Source: a virus (Duplodnaviria; Caudoviricetes). From it: DNA of 64,000 nt. Numbering within the stretch: position 1 is the stretch's first letter; every line of letters starts with the position of its first letter. The notes under the pieces were generated by a model that searched no databases, was not told the origin of the DNA, and saw nothing but the letters and a program-made list of their open reading frames with translations. Location of the stretch: positions 32,001 through 96,000 of the IMG/VR virus record IMGVR_UViG_3300021399_003927; one strand, 5' to 3'. Position numbers and translations under genes: made by a program. Positions 9,065-19,081 of the stretch are shown here, piece after piece.

Positions 9065-11599
9065 TTAATCGTCACCCCTACGCAAATTATAAGGATTCAC
9101 ACCAACAGCAACTAAGTCATTTAACATGGTGGTAGTTACTGTAGCAACGGTAGACCACGTAGTGCGGTTTGACTTAGCAAACTTTTCACTGTCTTTGATT
9201 TGCTCATACAAATCGTTACACAGCTTCTTAGCCCATTCATGCTTATTTGAAATGTTTTTAGTAATTTCCTTAAGTTCCTCATCACCGTACATGACAGAAT
9301 ACCTAATAAAATGGGTAGTTGCATCGTTTCTCTGATTGAAATCAAGCCTGTTAATCATTGCAAGCAAGAATTCTTTAATCACATCGCCAACCAAACTAGA
9401 AGAAAATATGTTCGTGATAACCCTTCCGTAATGTCTAGAATACACTACAGTTGTTTTTTCGTTGGAAACCTCTTTCTCTAACAACATTTTCATTAGTATG
9501 TAGTTTCCCACATAAACAGTAAAGTTTCTGTCTGCTATTGAACGATTATAGAATGCTTCAATGTCTTCTTTCGAAGGTTTCTTAAAGTTGTTGTTCTCAA
9601 ACACCCTTTTGCCATAGTTTTTCATGTTGTTGAACACCATTTTGAACAATTCACTAACATAAGCCTCATCCAAGAATTGTGAAAGTATGTAGCCGTTGTC
9701 ATAGAATATGTCCAAGTAATCAAATGAAAGATAATCATTAACGGACATCTTAATCAAATGATACAAATGGTCATTGTCTATGTAGTTGTTCAACACAATT
9801 TCCATGACATTTTTGTCTTTTTCTAGACAATCTTTAATCATAGGTGTATTGAAATTTAAAAATGCATTCTTGAACTTCCTAGTATTATCATCAGTTCTTC
9901 TGATAATGTCATAAGGCACGCCAAATTCAATAAGCTTTGCATCGAAATTGTTTGAAATAGGTGTAGAGGTCTCATTATACATTGCATTGCAATAATCTTC
10001 ATCAGACCCACCATCGTATATAATAGCAAACTGGAGCTTGTTTGGGTCGTACTGACTCATTGAAAAGTCAATGAAAATGATGTGCTGTTCACCCCAATCG
10101 TCAGAAGAAACATTGTCCATGTAGGCATCACCAAAGAAATACTTGATGTTCTCATCAGTGACAGATAAGACAAGTTTGTCACCATCTGACTTGATAATGT
10201 CTACATTTTCAGCATTGACACATTCATATAGATAATCCATAAGTGCTTCCCTATCCCACTTGTAAAGCGGCTTGTCATAATGGGCAACCAAAGTAATATC
10301 TATATTGCAGTCTTGCATTATCTTATAGATGTTCTTACTAGTGTCAAATCTTGAAAGATAAGACGTGATATACTGCATGGCATTGTTGTCACTAACCATG
10401 AGGTTGTTGTTAACAAAGTCATGGGCTGACGTAATACCTTTATTATATGTGGTAGTGAATCCAACAATAGATAATTTTTCATCCTCAAGCTTTGAGAAGT
10501 CAAATATCATATACTGCGTTGTCTTGCCATGATGGTTTTCAATGTAGTTGTTCCAATATGATTTGTTCTTGGAAATACACCAGTTGGTTGTCTTACCCAA
10601 CTGCTTAATCGTCTCATAGTCAGCCACTTTCACAAGAACGACATTATCACTCTCGTATATGGTTTCATACTTAATACCCTCAACGTTCCTAATGAAGTCC
10701 ATAAATGAATCTTTGTTCCATTCAAAATGAACGCTAGTTATGTGGCGCATTTGCCTCATAAGCTCTTGGAAGTCTTCAATGGTAGAAACCTTTTTGATGA
10801 AGTTAATACGCTTGGTATCAGACAGCTTTGAGAACCTAGCAAGGGTCTTATTGTCAGTTTCAGACAATTCATTAGTCTTTAACAGCTTTTTCTGTGCGGT
10901 GTTGAAAGAGTTAATGGCATCGTTGATGCGCTTTCCGTTCCTAAGTTCAGAAAGCTCCTCCAACAGTTTGGCAATGGCATCAGGAGTTGTGTATGCCGTA
11001 ATACTACCTTTGCTAAGATTTTTGGACAACTGATTGTAATATTCGTTCCAAGTCAGTATGTTCTGGATTGTCCTCATTGAAACGCCATGCTGATAATGGA
11101 GATTAACTGCCCACTGGAAAAAGTTCTTAGAACCATCTGTGTAGATGTAAAGCCTTTTGATTCTTACGTCTTTAGTATTGAAGCCAATCTTATTACTGAG
11201 CGTTTTAATCATCTTGGCATTTTCTTTCAAAAATGCTTCGTAATCCTTGTCAAACGTTTTAGGCAATAAATATATTTCGTTGAAAAATATATTATATTCC
11301 GTAAAATTGTCATGGTCATGTCTAGGTCTGACTTCAAGTATTCTTGAATGCTCAATATCCTTTAGCTCCTTTTTCAGTTCTTTGCTATAACTAGTAATTG
11401 AGGTAAACCCATAGTTGTTTTGGTTATAATAACTGTTGAAGATAAACATACGTTCACCCATAAGGGGATTATCCTTTTCAGTTTTTACAACCTCACAAAT
11501 ATCATAGCCATGCTCGTTGCAACGGACTAATATTTTTTGGAGAGAGGTATCAGCTACCCTCCAAAGATGTCTGATACCTCTAATATTTGTTCCTATCAT
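9065..11599 (-). CDS. large hypothetical protein, paralogue of 6701-8743
   Basis: Shares FNTAQKK, TNWCIS and QYMIFDFS blocks; start reassigned to MIGTN. Confidence 0.7.
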   Translation of the reverse strand: MIGTNIRGIRHLWRVADTSLQKILVRCNEHGYDICEVVKTEKDNPLMGERMFIFNSYYNQNNYGFTSITSYSKELKKELKDIEHSRILEVRPRHDHDNFTEYNIFFNEIYLLPKTFDKDYEAFLKENAKMIKTLSNKIGFNTKDVRIKRLYIYTDGSKNFFQWAVNLHYQHGVSMRTIQNILTWNEYYNQLSKNLSKGSITAYTTPDAIAKLLEELSELRNGKRINDAINSFNTAQKKLLKTNELSETDNKTLARFSKLSDTKRINFIKKVSTIEDFQELMRQMRHITSVHFEWNKDSFMDFIRNVEGIKYETIYESDNVVLVKVADYETIKQLGKTTNWCISKNKSYWNNYIENHHGKTTQYMIFDFSKLEDEKLSIVGFTTTYNKGITSAHDFVNNNLMVSDNNAMQYITSYLSRFDTSKNIYKIMQDCNIDITLVAHYDKPLYKWDREALMDYLYECVNAENVDIIKSDGDKLVLSVTDENIKYFFGDAYMDNVSSDDWGEQHIIFIDFSMSQYDPNKLQFAIIYDGGSDEDYCNAMYNETSTPISNNFDAKLIEFGVPYDIIRRTDDNTRKFKNAFLNFNTPMIKDCLEKDKNVMEIVLNNYIDNDHLYHLIKMSVNDYLSFDYLDIFYDNGYILSQFLDEAYVSELFKMVFNNMKNYGKRVFENNNFKKPSKEDIEAFYNRSIADRNFTVYVGNYILMKMLLEKEVSNEKTTVVYSRHYGRVITNIFSSSLVGDVIKEFLLAMINRLDFNQRNDATTHFIRYSVMYGDEELKEITKNISNKHEWAKKLCNDLYEQIKDSEKFAKSNRTTWSTVATVTTTMLNDLVAVGVNPYNLRRGDD

Positions 11600-11609
11600 A
11601 TCGTAACTG

Positions 11610-13136
11610 TTAGAATTTAATTTCGTTATTGAATTTTTCGCTGATAGCAGCTTCAAATACATCGAACAAAACGTGATTCTGCACGCACAAGTCCTTAACG
11701 GCCTCAAGCACCTCTTCCTTAATCGAGTTGATGTGACCCTCGTAGCGGTTGACGATATACTTAACCGTTTCAAACTTGATTTCGTCCTCTTTCTTAGTGG
11801 TGTGCGTTGTGGTAGTATTGGTGTTCGTGTGCGTTGAACCACCACCATAACCAAAGTAGTTCTTACGAGCGTTGTCACCAAGGCTCTCAAGCTTTGTGAT
11901 GTCATCAACGTCAACACGCTTGTATGTACCATCGTCATTACGCACGTATGTGCCATTGTTACGGCTAGTCCAAGTGTTGCCGCCATGCTTCAAGTAATGC
12001 CTTGTGCAACCAATTGATTCGATAAGGTCAACACCCATACCACATGCTTGGTCCATGTCTTCAATGATGCAGTACTCATTTTCAGAGTGAGCATAATAGC
12101 CACCGTTACCAAAGTTCATGCAGATGACTTCGACTTTCTCACGAATGTTCTTAACGTCCGTGTAAGGCTCTGAGAAGAAACAACCTTTGGTAAGACCCCA
12201 ACGGTCACACACTTCTTTCATGTGCTTCTCGTAGAACTCATAGCTGAACAGTTTAGTACCGCTACAAGCCCATGCAGCGCGATAAAGGTCTGGAGAGTCA
12301 TATCCAATAACATAACCTACATCATTGAACCACTCTTTCCAAAGTTCGTCACTACCATGACATCCTGACTCCTCATCCAAGAAGAAGCAAGCCTTAAGTT
12401 TGTCAAGGTGATTAAACAACGAAAGACAGATACATACACCGCCCTTGTCATCAGCGCCAATACCAATTGAAGAGCCACCGTTTGCATCAACGCTAATCTT
12501 ATGCGAACCATCCTTGGTGCGCTCGGTCTTGAGGTCAAGAGGAACGCCTGCATAGATGTATGGGTCATGCTTGGTCTGAACAGTGTCAAGGTGTGACGTT
12601 ACGCAAGGATAGTATTCACCTTCTGCAAGTTTACCCTTTGTCAGATACACATTACCAAAGTCATCAAACTCATATTTGATGCCGTTCTTTCTAGCCCACA
12701 AGATGATAAATACGACCATTCTGTACTCCAACTTACTGTGAGTAGGAACAGACATACAATCGTACACGAAATCCTTGTCAAGATACAAGAGCTTCATGTC
12801 ATCGTCACGAGGGTTCAAAGGAACTGTAACAGCCTCAGTAGGCTCGGCAGATGTAGGAGGTATTTCAACAGCATCGTCTTCTGTATAATCCTCTACAGTG
12901 GTTTGCGCATTAGTTTCTGCACTATTTTCCACGTTGTTCTCTTTGATTGACTCATTGGTGTTGTCGTTGGCAACATTAGCGTTAGCAACATTAGCGTTTT
13001 CTGCGCTAGTATTCTCTACGTTTTTGTTAGAGTCAGTCTTTGGTTTTTCAACCTCTGCTGATGGCGTCTTAACCACCTCAGTAGGTGTGTTGGCAACAAC
13101 ATTGCCATTCTCATTTAAAATATTTGAGTCAGTCAT
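11610..13136 (-). CDS. M20/M28 zinc peptidase
   Basis: SHLDTV, GADDKGG, DEESG, YYAH. Confidence 0.8.
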   Translation of the reverse strand: MTDSNILNENGNVVANTPTEVVKTPSAEVEKPKTDSNKNVENTSAENANVANANVANDNTNESIKENNVENSAETNAQTTVEDYTEDDAVEIPPTSAEPTEAVTVPLNPRDDDMKLLYLDKDFVYDCMSVPTHSKLEYRMVVFIILWARKNGIKYEFDDFGNVYLTKGKLAEGEYYPCVTSHLDTVQTKHDPYIYAGVPLDLKTERTKDGSHKISVDANGGSSIGIGADDKGGVCICLSLFNHLDKLKACFFLDEESGCHGSDELWKEWFNDVGYVIGYDSPDLYRAAWACSGTKLFSYEFYEKHMKEVCDRWGLTKGCFFSEPYTDVKNIREKVEVICMNFGNGGYYAHSENEYCIIEDMDQACGMGVDLIESIGCTRHYLKHGGNTWTSRNNGTYVRNDDGTYKRVDVDDITKLESLGDNARKNYFGYGGGSTHTNTNTTTTHTTKKEDEIKFETVKYIVNRYEGHINSIKEEVLEAVKDLCVQNHVLFDVFEAAISEKFNNEIKF

Positions 13137-13227
13137 TTCGATTATTGATTTAATTAGTTTTTGCAAAGATATGAAATTTTAATCGGTTAAACAAATAATT
13201 GGTATAAACTTTAACATTAATTAACTA

Positions 13228-13473
13228 TTACTCCACTATTGCACATGCTACCAACGGTGAAACATTGCTTTTAGGGGCAATCTGTATTCTTATTTCGTTT
13301 CTTTTACCTATAGTAACATCTTTCTCATTACAGCCTTGCGTGGTGACATTCATACCAATTTTATAACCCAAAGACTTAATTAAACTTGTCCTTAGTTCAA
13401 TGTTCTTAACATGGTCAACAAAATAGTTGATGTCACGAATATCAATTGCATGGTCTTTTTTAGTTTTAGCCAT
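13228..13473 (-). CDS. hypothetical protein
   Basis: ORF within an operon. Confidence 0.55.
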   Translation of the reverse strand: MAKTKKDHAIDIRDINYFVDHVKNIELRTSLIKSLGYKIGMNVTTQGCNEKDVTIGKRNEIRIQIAPKSNVSPLVACAIVE

Positions 13474-13828
13474 TATTCAAAATTGAGTTTAGCAAGATTT
13501 TCTTGTCTTTAGGCGATAGCTTAAACCATTTGCTTGCGAAATGAGACAACCCAAACTTCTGTTTTATTCGTGTTTTGTCAATATTCGCTAAAGCGTCATA
13601 AGTCCTAATCAATTCTCCTTTGATTAATATGTTCCTCTGTTGTTTCGTGAGGTTAGAAAAATTGTTAGACCAATCGGTACTAGGTAAGTTGTGTTTAACG
13701 AAAATATGCTTGTATTTTAGACTAGAACGCACTTTTTCACTTGGCGTTTTCCTATTCCATCTTTCGCTAGCCTTGTTTGTGATGCTGCGAGTTGATAAAA
13801 TGTTTTCAATATTTTCATTCTCTGCCAT
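13466..13828 (-). CDS. hypothetical basic protein
   Basis: ORF within an operon. Confidence 0.6.
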   Translation of the reverse strand: MAENENIENILSTRSITNKASERWNRKTPSEKVRSSLKYKHIFVKHNLPSTDWSNNFSNLTKQQRNILIKGELIRTYDALANIDKTRIKQKFGLSHFASKWFKLSPKDKKILLNSILNNG

Positions 13829-14353
13829 TTAAATCTTCTTTTTAAGAACTTCAAAATAGAATGATTTCTCCACACCCTCCCATGAACTCACTTGAGCCAT
13901 AGACTTATAATATGAATACCAATCATCCTTTGTGTACTCAGGAAAAAACACATCCCCATCGCTCTCGTCTTTAACGATGGTCAGCCTCATTTCATCAACA
14001 AGGTTCTGTTCCATAAACTGACGATAAATGCTCTCTCCACCTATGACAAACAATTCTTTATCATAGAAAAAAGCCTCACACAGTTGTACCACGTCATTTA
14101 CAGAATGAGTAATGAATACATTCTCATACTCTAGACTTACACCAAACTCTTCATCTGACGTAAGAATGACATTAATTCTATCCTTTAACGGTTCTCCATT
14201 GGGCAAACTTTCATAGGTCTTACGACCCATGATAACAACATTACCAACTGTCATACGCTTGAAGTTAGCAAGGTCATTACCAATGTGGAAAAGAAGCTTG
14301 CCATCCTTCCCCAATGCCCTTTTTTGGTTAATACATGCGATAATTTTAAACAT
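13829..14353 (-). CDS. folA: dihydrofolate reductase
   Basis: VIMGRKTYESL, PLKDRINVIL, VIGGESIY, GDVFFP. Confidence 0.95.
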   Translation of the reverse strand: MFKIIACINQKRALGKDGKLLFHIGNDLANFKRMTVGNVVIMGRKTYESLPNGEPLKDRINVILTSDEEFGVSLEYENVFITHSVNDVVQLCEAFFYDKELFVIGGESIYRQFMEQNLVDEMRLTIVKDESDGDVFFPEYTKDDWYSYYKSMAQVSSWEGVEKSFYFEVLKKKI

Positions 14354-14443
14354 ACTGTTGAAATTTAGTTTTTACTTTGTGCAAAGGTATATAAAAAAAT
14401 TGAGAAATCAAAAAATGATTCCCCAATTTTATATTAAAAAATG

Positions 14444-14740
14444 TTAAAGCGGAACTAATGCTTCCATTAAACTTTTCATAAAGCATGTATTAACCACTTT
14501 TTCTAGTAGATAGTCCTTTATAGTTTCCATTGTAGGATATTTGGCACAAAGACAATCTGGTTTATCACCAATCCACGCAACTTCGGTAAAGTAATGGTGT
14601 ACACCCTCTTCCCCATATTTGAACAACTCTTCATCATCACCGTATCTGTTATAGTATACGGCAACTTTTCCACGATTATAACAATATTTCTTAAGAAGCT
14701 TATCTATGTCTTCGTTTGATAAGTTAATTTTAATTTCCAT
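14444..14740 (-). CDS. hypothetical protein
   Basis: ORF starting MEIKIN. Confidence 0.55.
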   Translation of the reverse strand: MEIKINLSNEDIDKLLKKYCYNRGKVAVYYNRYGDDEELFKYGEEGVHHYFTEVAWIGDKPDCLCAKYPTMETIKDYLLEKVVNTCFMKSLMEALVPL

Positions 14741-15500
14741 CTTTCCAATAGCAATATAAACATTTATTTTCACATCTGTGAGGTTTCACTTTCAATAGTT
14801 CAGATTTATTAGCTGGACAGCCACAACTCTTCCTTTGTTCAGCACTGCCAACCAACGTAATCTCATTTTTAAGCCCTAAGATGTCAATGTCAAGCTGAGA
14901 CACACATGGGATTTCCGTAAATCCTGGTTCTCCACATGCTTCAACTTGGCTATATCCGCATTCTTCTGCGCAATACTTGATAGCTGTCATCCATTTATTC
15001 CTATCTTCCATTGGCGCATGGAAACTACCGTCATATAAAATAGGTATATTTTCTTCTTTAAAACGCTCTTGGACGTGTTTATAGTTGTCCAAGAAGGAAA
15101 TCCTCACCCTACGTATTCCAAAGCCTCTAAAAGCCCTTAAAACGCGCATAGCAGTCTCTACGCCTTTCTGTGTGGGAACAATTGGGTCAACCCTTAACAC
15201 AACGTGGGAAATAGGAAATCCACCTTCAATCAGTTTAACAAACTTATCATGCGTCTCTTCAACTGACGGAACAAACGGTTCAATGCGACTGTGACCCATT
15301 CCAGTGCATGTTAGATGCAATATTACCTTGTCTTGATGCTCTATGAGTTTTTCAATTAACTTATCAGTTAACCTTTTGGTAATAATTATGTTACCTTTAT
15401 AAAGTCTGTCAAAGGCATCTAGGTTATAAGAAATTTCACCACTTTCAGTAGTTCCTATCCTATTTTCTGTGTCTAAAACTAATTTTTTTGTCGAAGCCAT
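14730..15500 (-). CDS. DUF1848-like Fe-S/radical-SAM-related protein
   Basis: LRVDPI, ISFLD, QRKSCGC, CENKCLYCY. Confidence 0.6.
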   Translation of the reverse strand: MASTKKLVLDTENRIGTTESGEISYNLDAFDRLYKGNIIITKRLTDKLIEKLIEHQDKVILHLTCTGMGHSRIEPFVPSVEETHDKFVKLIEGGFPISHVVLRVDPIVPTQKGVETAMRVLRAFRGFGIRRVRISFLDNYKHVQERFKEENIPILYDGSFHAPMEDRNKWMTAIKYCAEECGYSQVEACGEPGFTEIPCVSQLDIDILGLKNEITLVGSAEQRKSCGCPANKSELLKVKPHRCENKCLYCYWKDGN

Positions 15501-16104
15501 GTGATTCTATGTGTTCATCGTTTGTTCTACCATCTACAATTTCTTTATCTCTTAGAGAAGAAATATATTCGTATAAATTATTCCACATTTCTTTTGCATC
15601 AATGAATTTAGGAATATATGTGTTTTTCAGTATAGGGTTTTCAACAATATTTATTGGGTTTTTACTAATAGAAACCTCACCTCTATATCTAGTGTATATA
15701 ACATCAGTGCAAATAGATAGAGGGCAATTGCTTAATTTGTGCTTTTTATCAATTTTCTTTTTTTCTATTAATTGCGGCTCTAATATCAAATTATCATTAT
15801 CATCAAGATACCTCTCAACTTTAAAAAAATAATGATAATATCCACTTTCCACTAGAAAATAAAAAAATCTACCTTCCATGACTGGTACTTTAATTCCGTA
15901 TCCTTTAACTAGTCTACGTTTTATATCATATGTTTTATCTTTTTCTTTTTTGAAAATGTTATCAAGGCCGTGGCCAATATAATAATTATTCAAATCAATT
16001 GGGTATGACTTCCTTCTGTCATAAACCACTAATTCATCAATTCCGTAATAATTCTGGAGATAATCATAATAGTCTTTCTCCCCATGTTTACATATTATTT
16101 TCAT
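15460..16104 (-). CDS. conserved phage hypothetical protein
   Basis: KDYYDY N-terminus; HGFDKKISFR C-terminus shared with 38440-39057. Confidence 0.65.
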   Translation of the reverse strand: MKIICKHGEKDYYDYLQNYYGIDELVVYDRRKSYPIDLNNYYIGHGLDNIFKKEKDKTYDIKRRLVKGYGIKVPVMEGRFFYFLVESGYYHYFFKVERYLDDNDNLILEPQLIEKKKIDKKHKLSNCPLSICTDVIYTRYRGEVSISKNPINIVENPILKNTYIPKFIDAKEMWNNLYEYISSLRDKEIVDGRTNDEHIESHGFDKKISFRHRK

Positions 16105-16205
16105 AATAACAATTATATTTTTAAACGTTAAACGCTAGATGATAGATGTTTTAAGCACCCACCGTCTAGCGTTATTTAAAGTTTTTAATAATCTCTTGTT
16201 AGGGA

Positions 16206-16391
16206 TTATTCAGCAACAACCACTGTATCAGCAGCAGTCTCAACAAGTGAATCAGCTACAACAACAGTCGTATCTGCACCTGCTACTGCTAGACTGTCAG
16301 TTTCGTTTGCTGTAGTTTCGCCATTCTTGCTGTTGCAAGATGCGAAAGTCATGGCCATCATTGCCATGAATAAAAATGCAATCTTTTTCAT
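16206..16391 (-). CDS. small lipoprotein
   Basis: Signal peptide with FASC lipobox. Confidence 0.75.
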   Translation of the reverse strand: MKKIAFLFMAMMAMTFASCNSKNGETTANETDSLAVAGADTTVVVADSLVETAADTVVVAE

Positions 16392-16475
16392 TTTTTTTTT
16401 TAATTTTGTTTGTTTTATAATTGTTATCTTTTTTCGAGTGCAAAGATATAATAAATATTTCTAATTTCCAAATTT

Positions 16476-16949
16476 TTATGAACTTTTTTTCAAAAAACTA
16501 CTATAATAATGTTTTTTATTTGAATATTCTGCTGTAGAAATCTTCCAATTATGAGGATGGTCTGAAAACTTTAACAGCCCTCTTAAACGGCATTTAGCAT
16601 CGTAATAATCATATACCTCATTATACAAATTGGCATGGGTAACTTGGTATTTTCCCCATCGTAGGGCAAGGAAATAGAAAAAATCATATCCTTGTGCGGA
16701 TGCTGACCAACGGACTGCTTTATTGATGGTGTCTACATGCTCGCCTTCTTCGAATTTCTCTAGAATATCATATTTTTCACAAGTTGCAACGTTATGCACT
16801 TCAAGAAAATTGACTAACGCATCAAATAACTGGAGCAGTTGTTTTTTCTTTTCTCCTTTATAGTATGCAGACATAGACATTCGTTTGCGAATTCTTTGTA
16901 TTCGGCTTTCTTCCATTTCAACTTTACATTTTGTAACTTTAAATTTCAT
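16476..16949 (-). CDS. hypothetical protein
   Basis: 157-aa ORF. Confidence 0.55.
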   Translation of the reverse strand: MKFKVTKCKVEMEESRIQRIRKRMSMSAYYKGEKKKQLLQLFDALVNFLEVHNVATCEKYDILEKFEEGEHVDTINKAVRWSASAQGYDFFYFLALRWGKYQVTHANLYNEVYDYYDAKCRLRGLLKFSDHPHNWKISTAEYSNKKHYYSSFLKKSS

Positions 16950-16957
16950 TGGTTAAA

Positions 16958-17545
16958 TTAATTTAAGTTAGAAAAATAAAGGTAAATTTCATTAATGCGA
17001 GTCTTATGATTAAACGCCCATTCATAATTGTCAATGTCATTCACTTTAACCCATTTAATTTCCCCAACTTCTTTACCCTCGTTGTTTTTCTTGGAAAACT
17101 CAAAATCAGTCGTAACCTTGTCTGTAATCCAAACACCAAACCTAAACGTAACATTCTGTCTGTTGGCGGTAACTGGGTCATCCTCATAGTTGATGAACGT
17201 AAGTTGGGATGGGTCAAGTTTAACACCTGTTTCCTCAAAGCACTCACGAACCGCACATTCCTTTGTGGTTTCGTAAAAGTCAAGATAGCCACAAGGACAA
17301 TTCCATATGCCTCTGAAATCAGCAGCCTCTTCACCGCGTTCAGATGCTAGCACGCACCAATCACCATCAGCATCTTTACAGAATACGAAAATGGCTGTTG
17401 CCATAGAACGGCTAAACCAACCAATAAATGCTTGATTCAGAACTTCTCTGATATTTTCCTCTGGAATCGGAAACCCAATGTGGGATTTAACCAATTCGAT
17501 TGTTTTTTCCATGTCCAAACAAGGACGATTTGTCATCTTTTCCAT
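16958..17545 (-). CDS. Nudix hydrolase
   Basis: Nudix box GYLDFYETTKECAVRECFEETG. Confidence 0.9.
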   Translation of the reverse strand: MEKMTNRPCLDMEKTIELVKSHIGFPIPEENIREVLNQAFIGWFSRSMATAIFVFCKDADGDWCVLASERGEEAADFRGIWNCPCGYLDFYETTKECAVRECFEETGVKLDPSQLTFINYEDDPVTANRQNVTFRFGVWITDKVTTDFEFSKKNNEGKEVGEIKWVKVNDIDNYEWAFNHKTRINEIYLYFSNLN

Positions 17546-18006
17546 ATATTTTTAAAACGTTTTTCGTAACTTTTGTTATACCAAGGCTGTTCTACTCTCT
17601 CATGTGGTACTCTATACTTTTTTGACGAATTTGCCCTATTAATTTTCCTAGATAAGCTTAGAGATAACACATTCACCTTATTCATACTCTCATATTCGGC
17701 AAACACAGTTCTCCAAGTAACATTAGAAAAACGATAGCCGTGAATAAGAGCAGGCTGTTTAAAACCGTTTAAATAATTGAATATTTCAAATTTTAAATAA
17801 TTATCATCACAAGAATTTTGTATTTTTTCTAAAATGTATGATTCTTTACACAAATTCAACTTACCATCGTTGTAAACATTTCCAAATCCCCAATATTTTT
17901 TAATATACCAAGAAATAGCACCGATGTCATTCATCCATGAACCATATAACTTCTTTTTAATTAGAAATCTAATCCAATTCTTGTATGCTGTTCCACATTT
18001 TTCCAT
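17533..18006 (-). CDS. hypothetical protein
   Basis: ORF directly after a promoter. Confidence 0.55.
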   Translation of the reverse strand: MEKCGTAYKNWIRFLIKKKLYGSWMNDIGAISWYIKKYWGFGNVYNDGKLNLCKESYILEKIQNSCDDNYLKFEIFNYLNGFKQPALIHGYRFSNVTWRTVFAEYESMNKVNVLSLSLSRKINRANSSKKYRVPHERVEQPWYNKSYEKRFKNIWKR

Positions 18007-18111
18007 TTACGTCATATGTTTTATGCAAATATATGAAAAAAAATTCAAATAACCAAAAAACACAAGTTAAAAAAAATGTAAAAGTTGGGGAATTACCCCC
18101 AACTTTTTAAA

Positions 18112-18495
18112 TTACTTATTAATCTTATCCAAATCAAATCCCCTATTTTGAAGGGTTAAGTTAAGTAGAATCAAATACTTATGGTACTGCTCTTTATTAA
18201 GGACATAGCCCATAAACTTGATGTTCTTCTGAACAGTGCTTGAAACTACCTTGTTACGAGACTCCTCAGTTTCCATAGAGGAAGCGAAGAACATGTCTCT
18301 TTCAAACTCACGTATGATGTTCTCAGTTATTTCCATCTGGTCACCTGACATATCCAACACACATGCCAATCTGCGATGGTTAATATTAAACTCATACTTC
18401 TCAATGTTGTCAACCTTAGTTGCGTTGCTGTCATCAGCAAATGAATAAACGCTCATACTGAGCATCATCACCAAAATTAAAATAAACTTCTTCAT
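18112..18495 (-). CDS. secreted protein, Prevotella-like
   Basis: Sec signal ending SFA; terminator hairpin at 18081-18107. Confidence 0.65.
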   Translation of the reverse strand: MKKFILILVMMLSMSVYSFADDSNATKVDNIEKYEFNINHRRLACVLDMSGDQMEITENIIREFERDMFFASSMETEESRNKVVSSTVQKNIKFMGYVLNKEQYHKYLILLNLTLQNRGFDLDKINK

Positions 18496-19081
18496 AATAA
18501 ATTTCCCTTTTTTTTACACTTACTTTTTAATTATGGAATGTATCGGTACACTTACTTTCTAAACTAAAAACCGATTACATCCCACTGCACTTACTCAATT
18601 TTTCGGCTAGGGTATTAATCCCAAGCTGTTGTCATGCACTTTTAGATTCCTTCATAATAATTTCCCTTTAAATTTAATTTAAGACATAGATGTAAACAAT
18701 ACCATTTCAAGCACCCTAGCCTTGCCAATTAGGTTGTCACAACCTATACCCCATTATTTACTTACTTCAAATAATATATATTATTGTTTTATAAATTATT
18801 AAACATTTCAAAGAGCCATTTTGCTTAAATATCAATTATCTTGACATACGTCAAAACGAACTGTGCACGTACACACCCTTAAAATTTAACATTGCAAAGA
18901 TATAAAAAATAGTTCAAATAGCCAAAATAAATGATTCAAAAGTATCAAATATAACATCAATCTTGATATAAATCATATATACAGTACCATAGCATTAAAA
19001 CAAAAATAGTACTTAATTCTGCGAAAAATAAAATGAGGAACTACATACAATAGTTCCTCATTTTATTTATTAGTTTAAACA

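Noticed and set aside
11600-11986. N-terminal 128 aa of the 973-aa ORF
   Set aside because: Out-of-frame overlap with the peptidase gene; the real start is probably 11599
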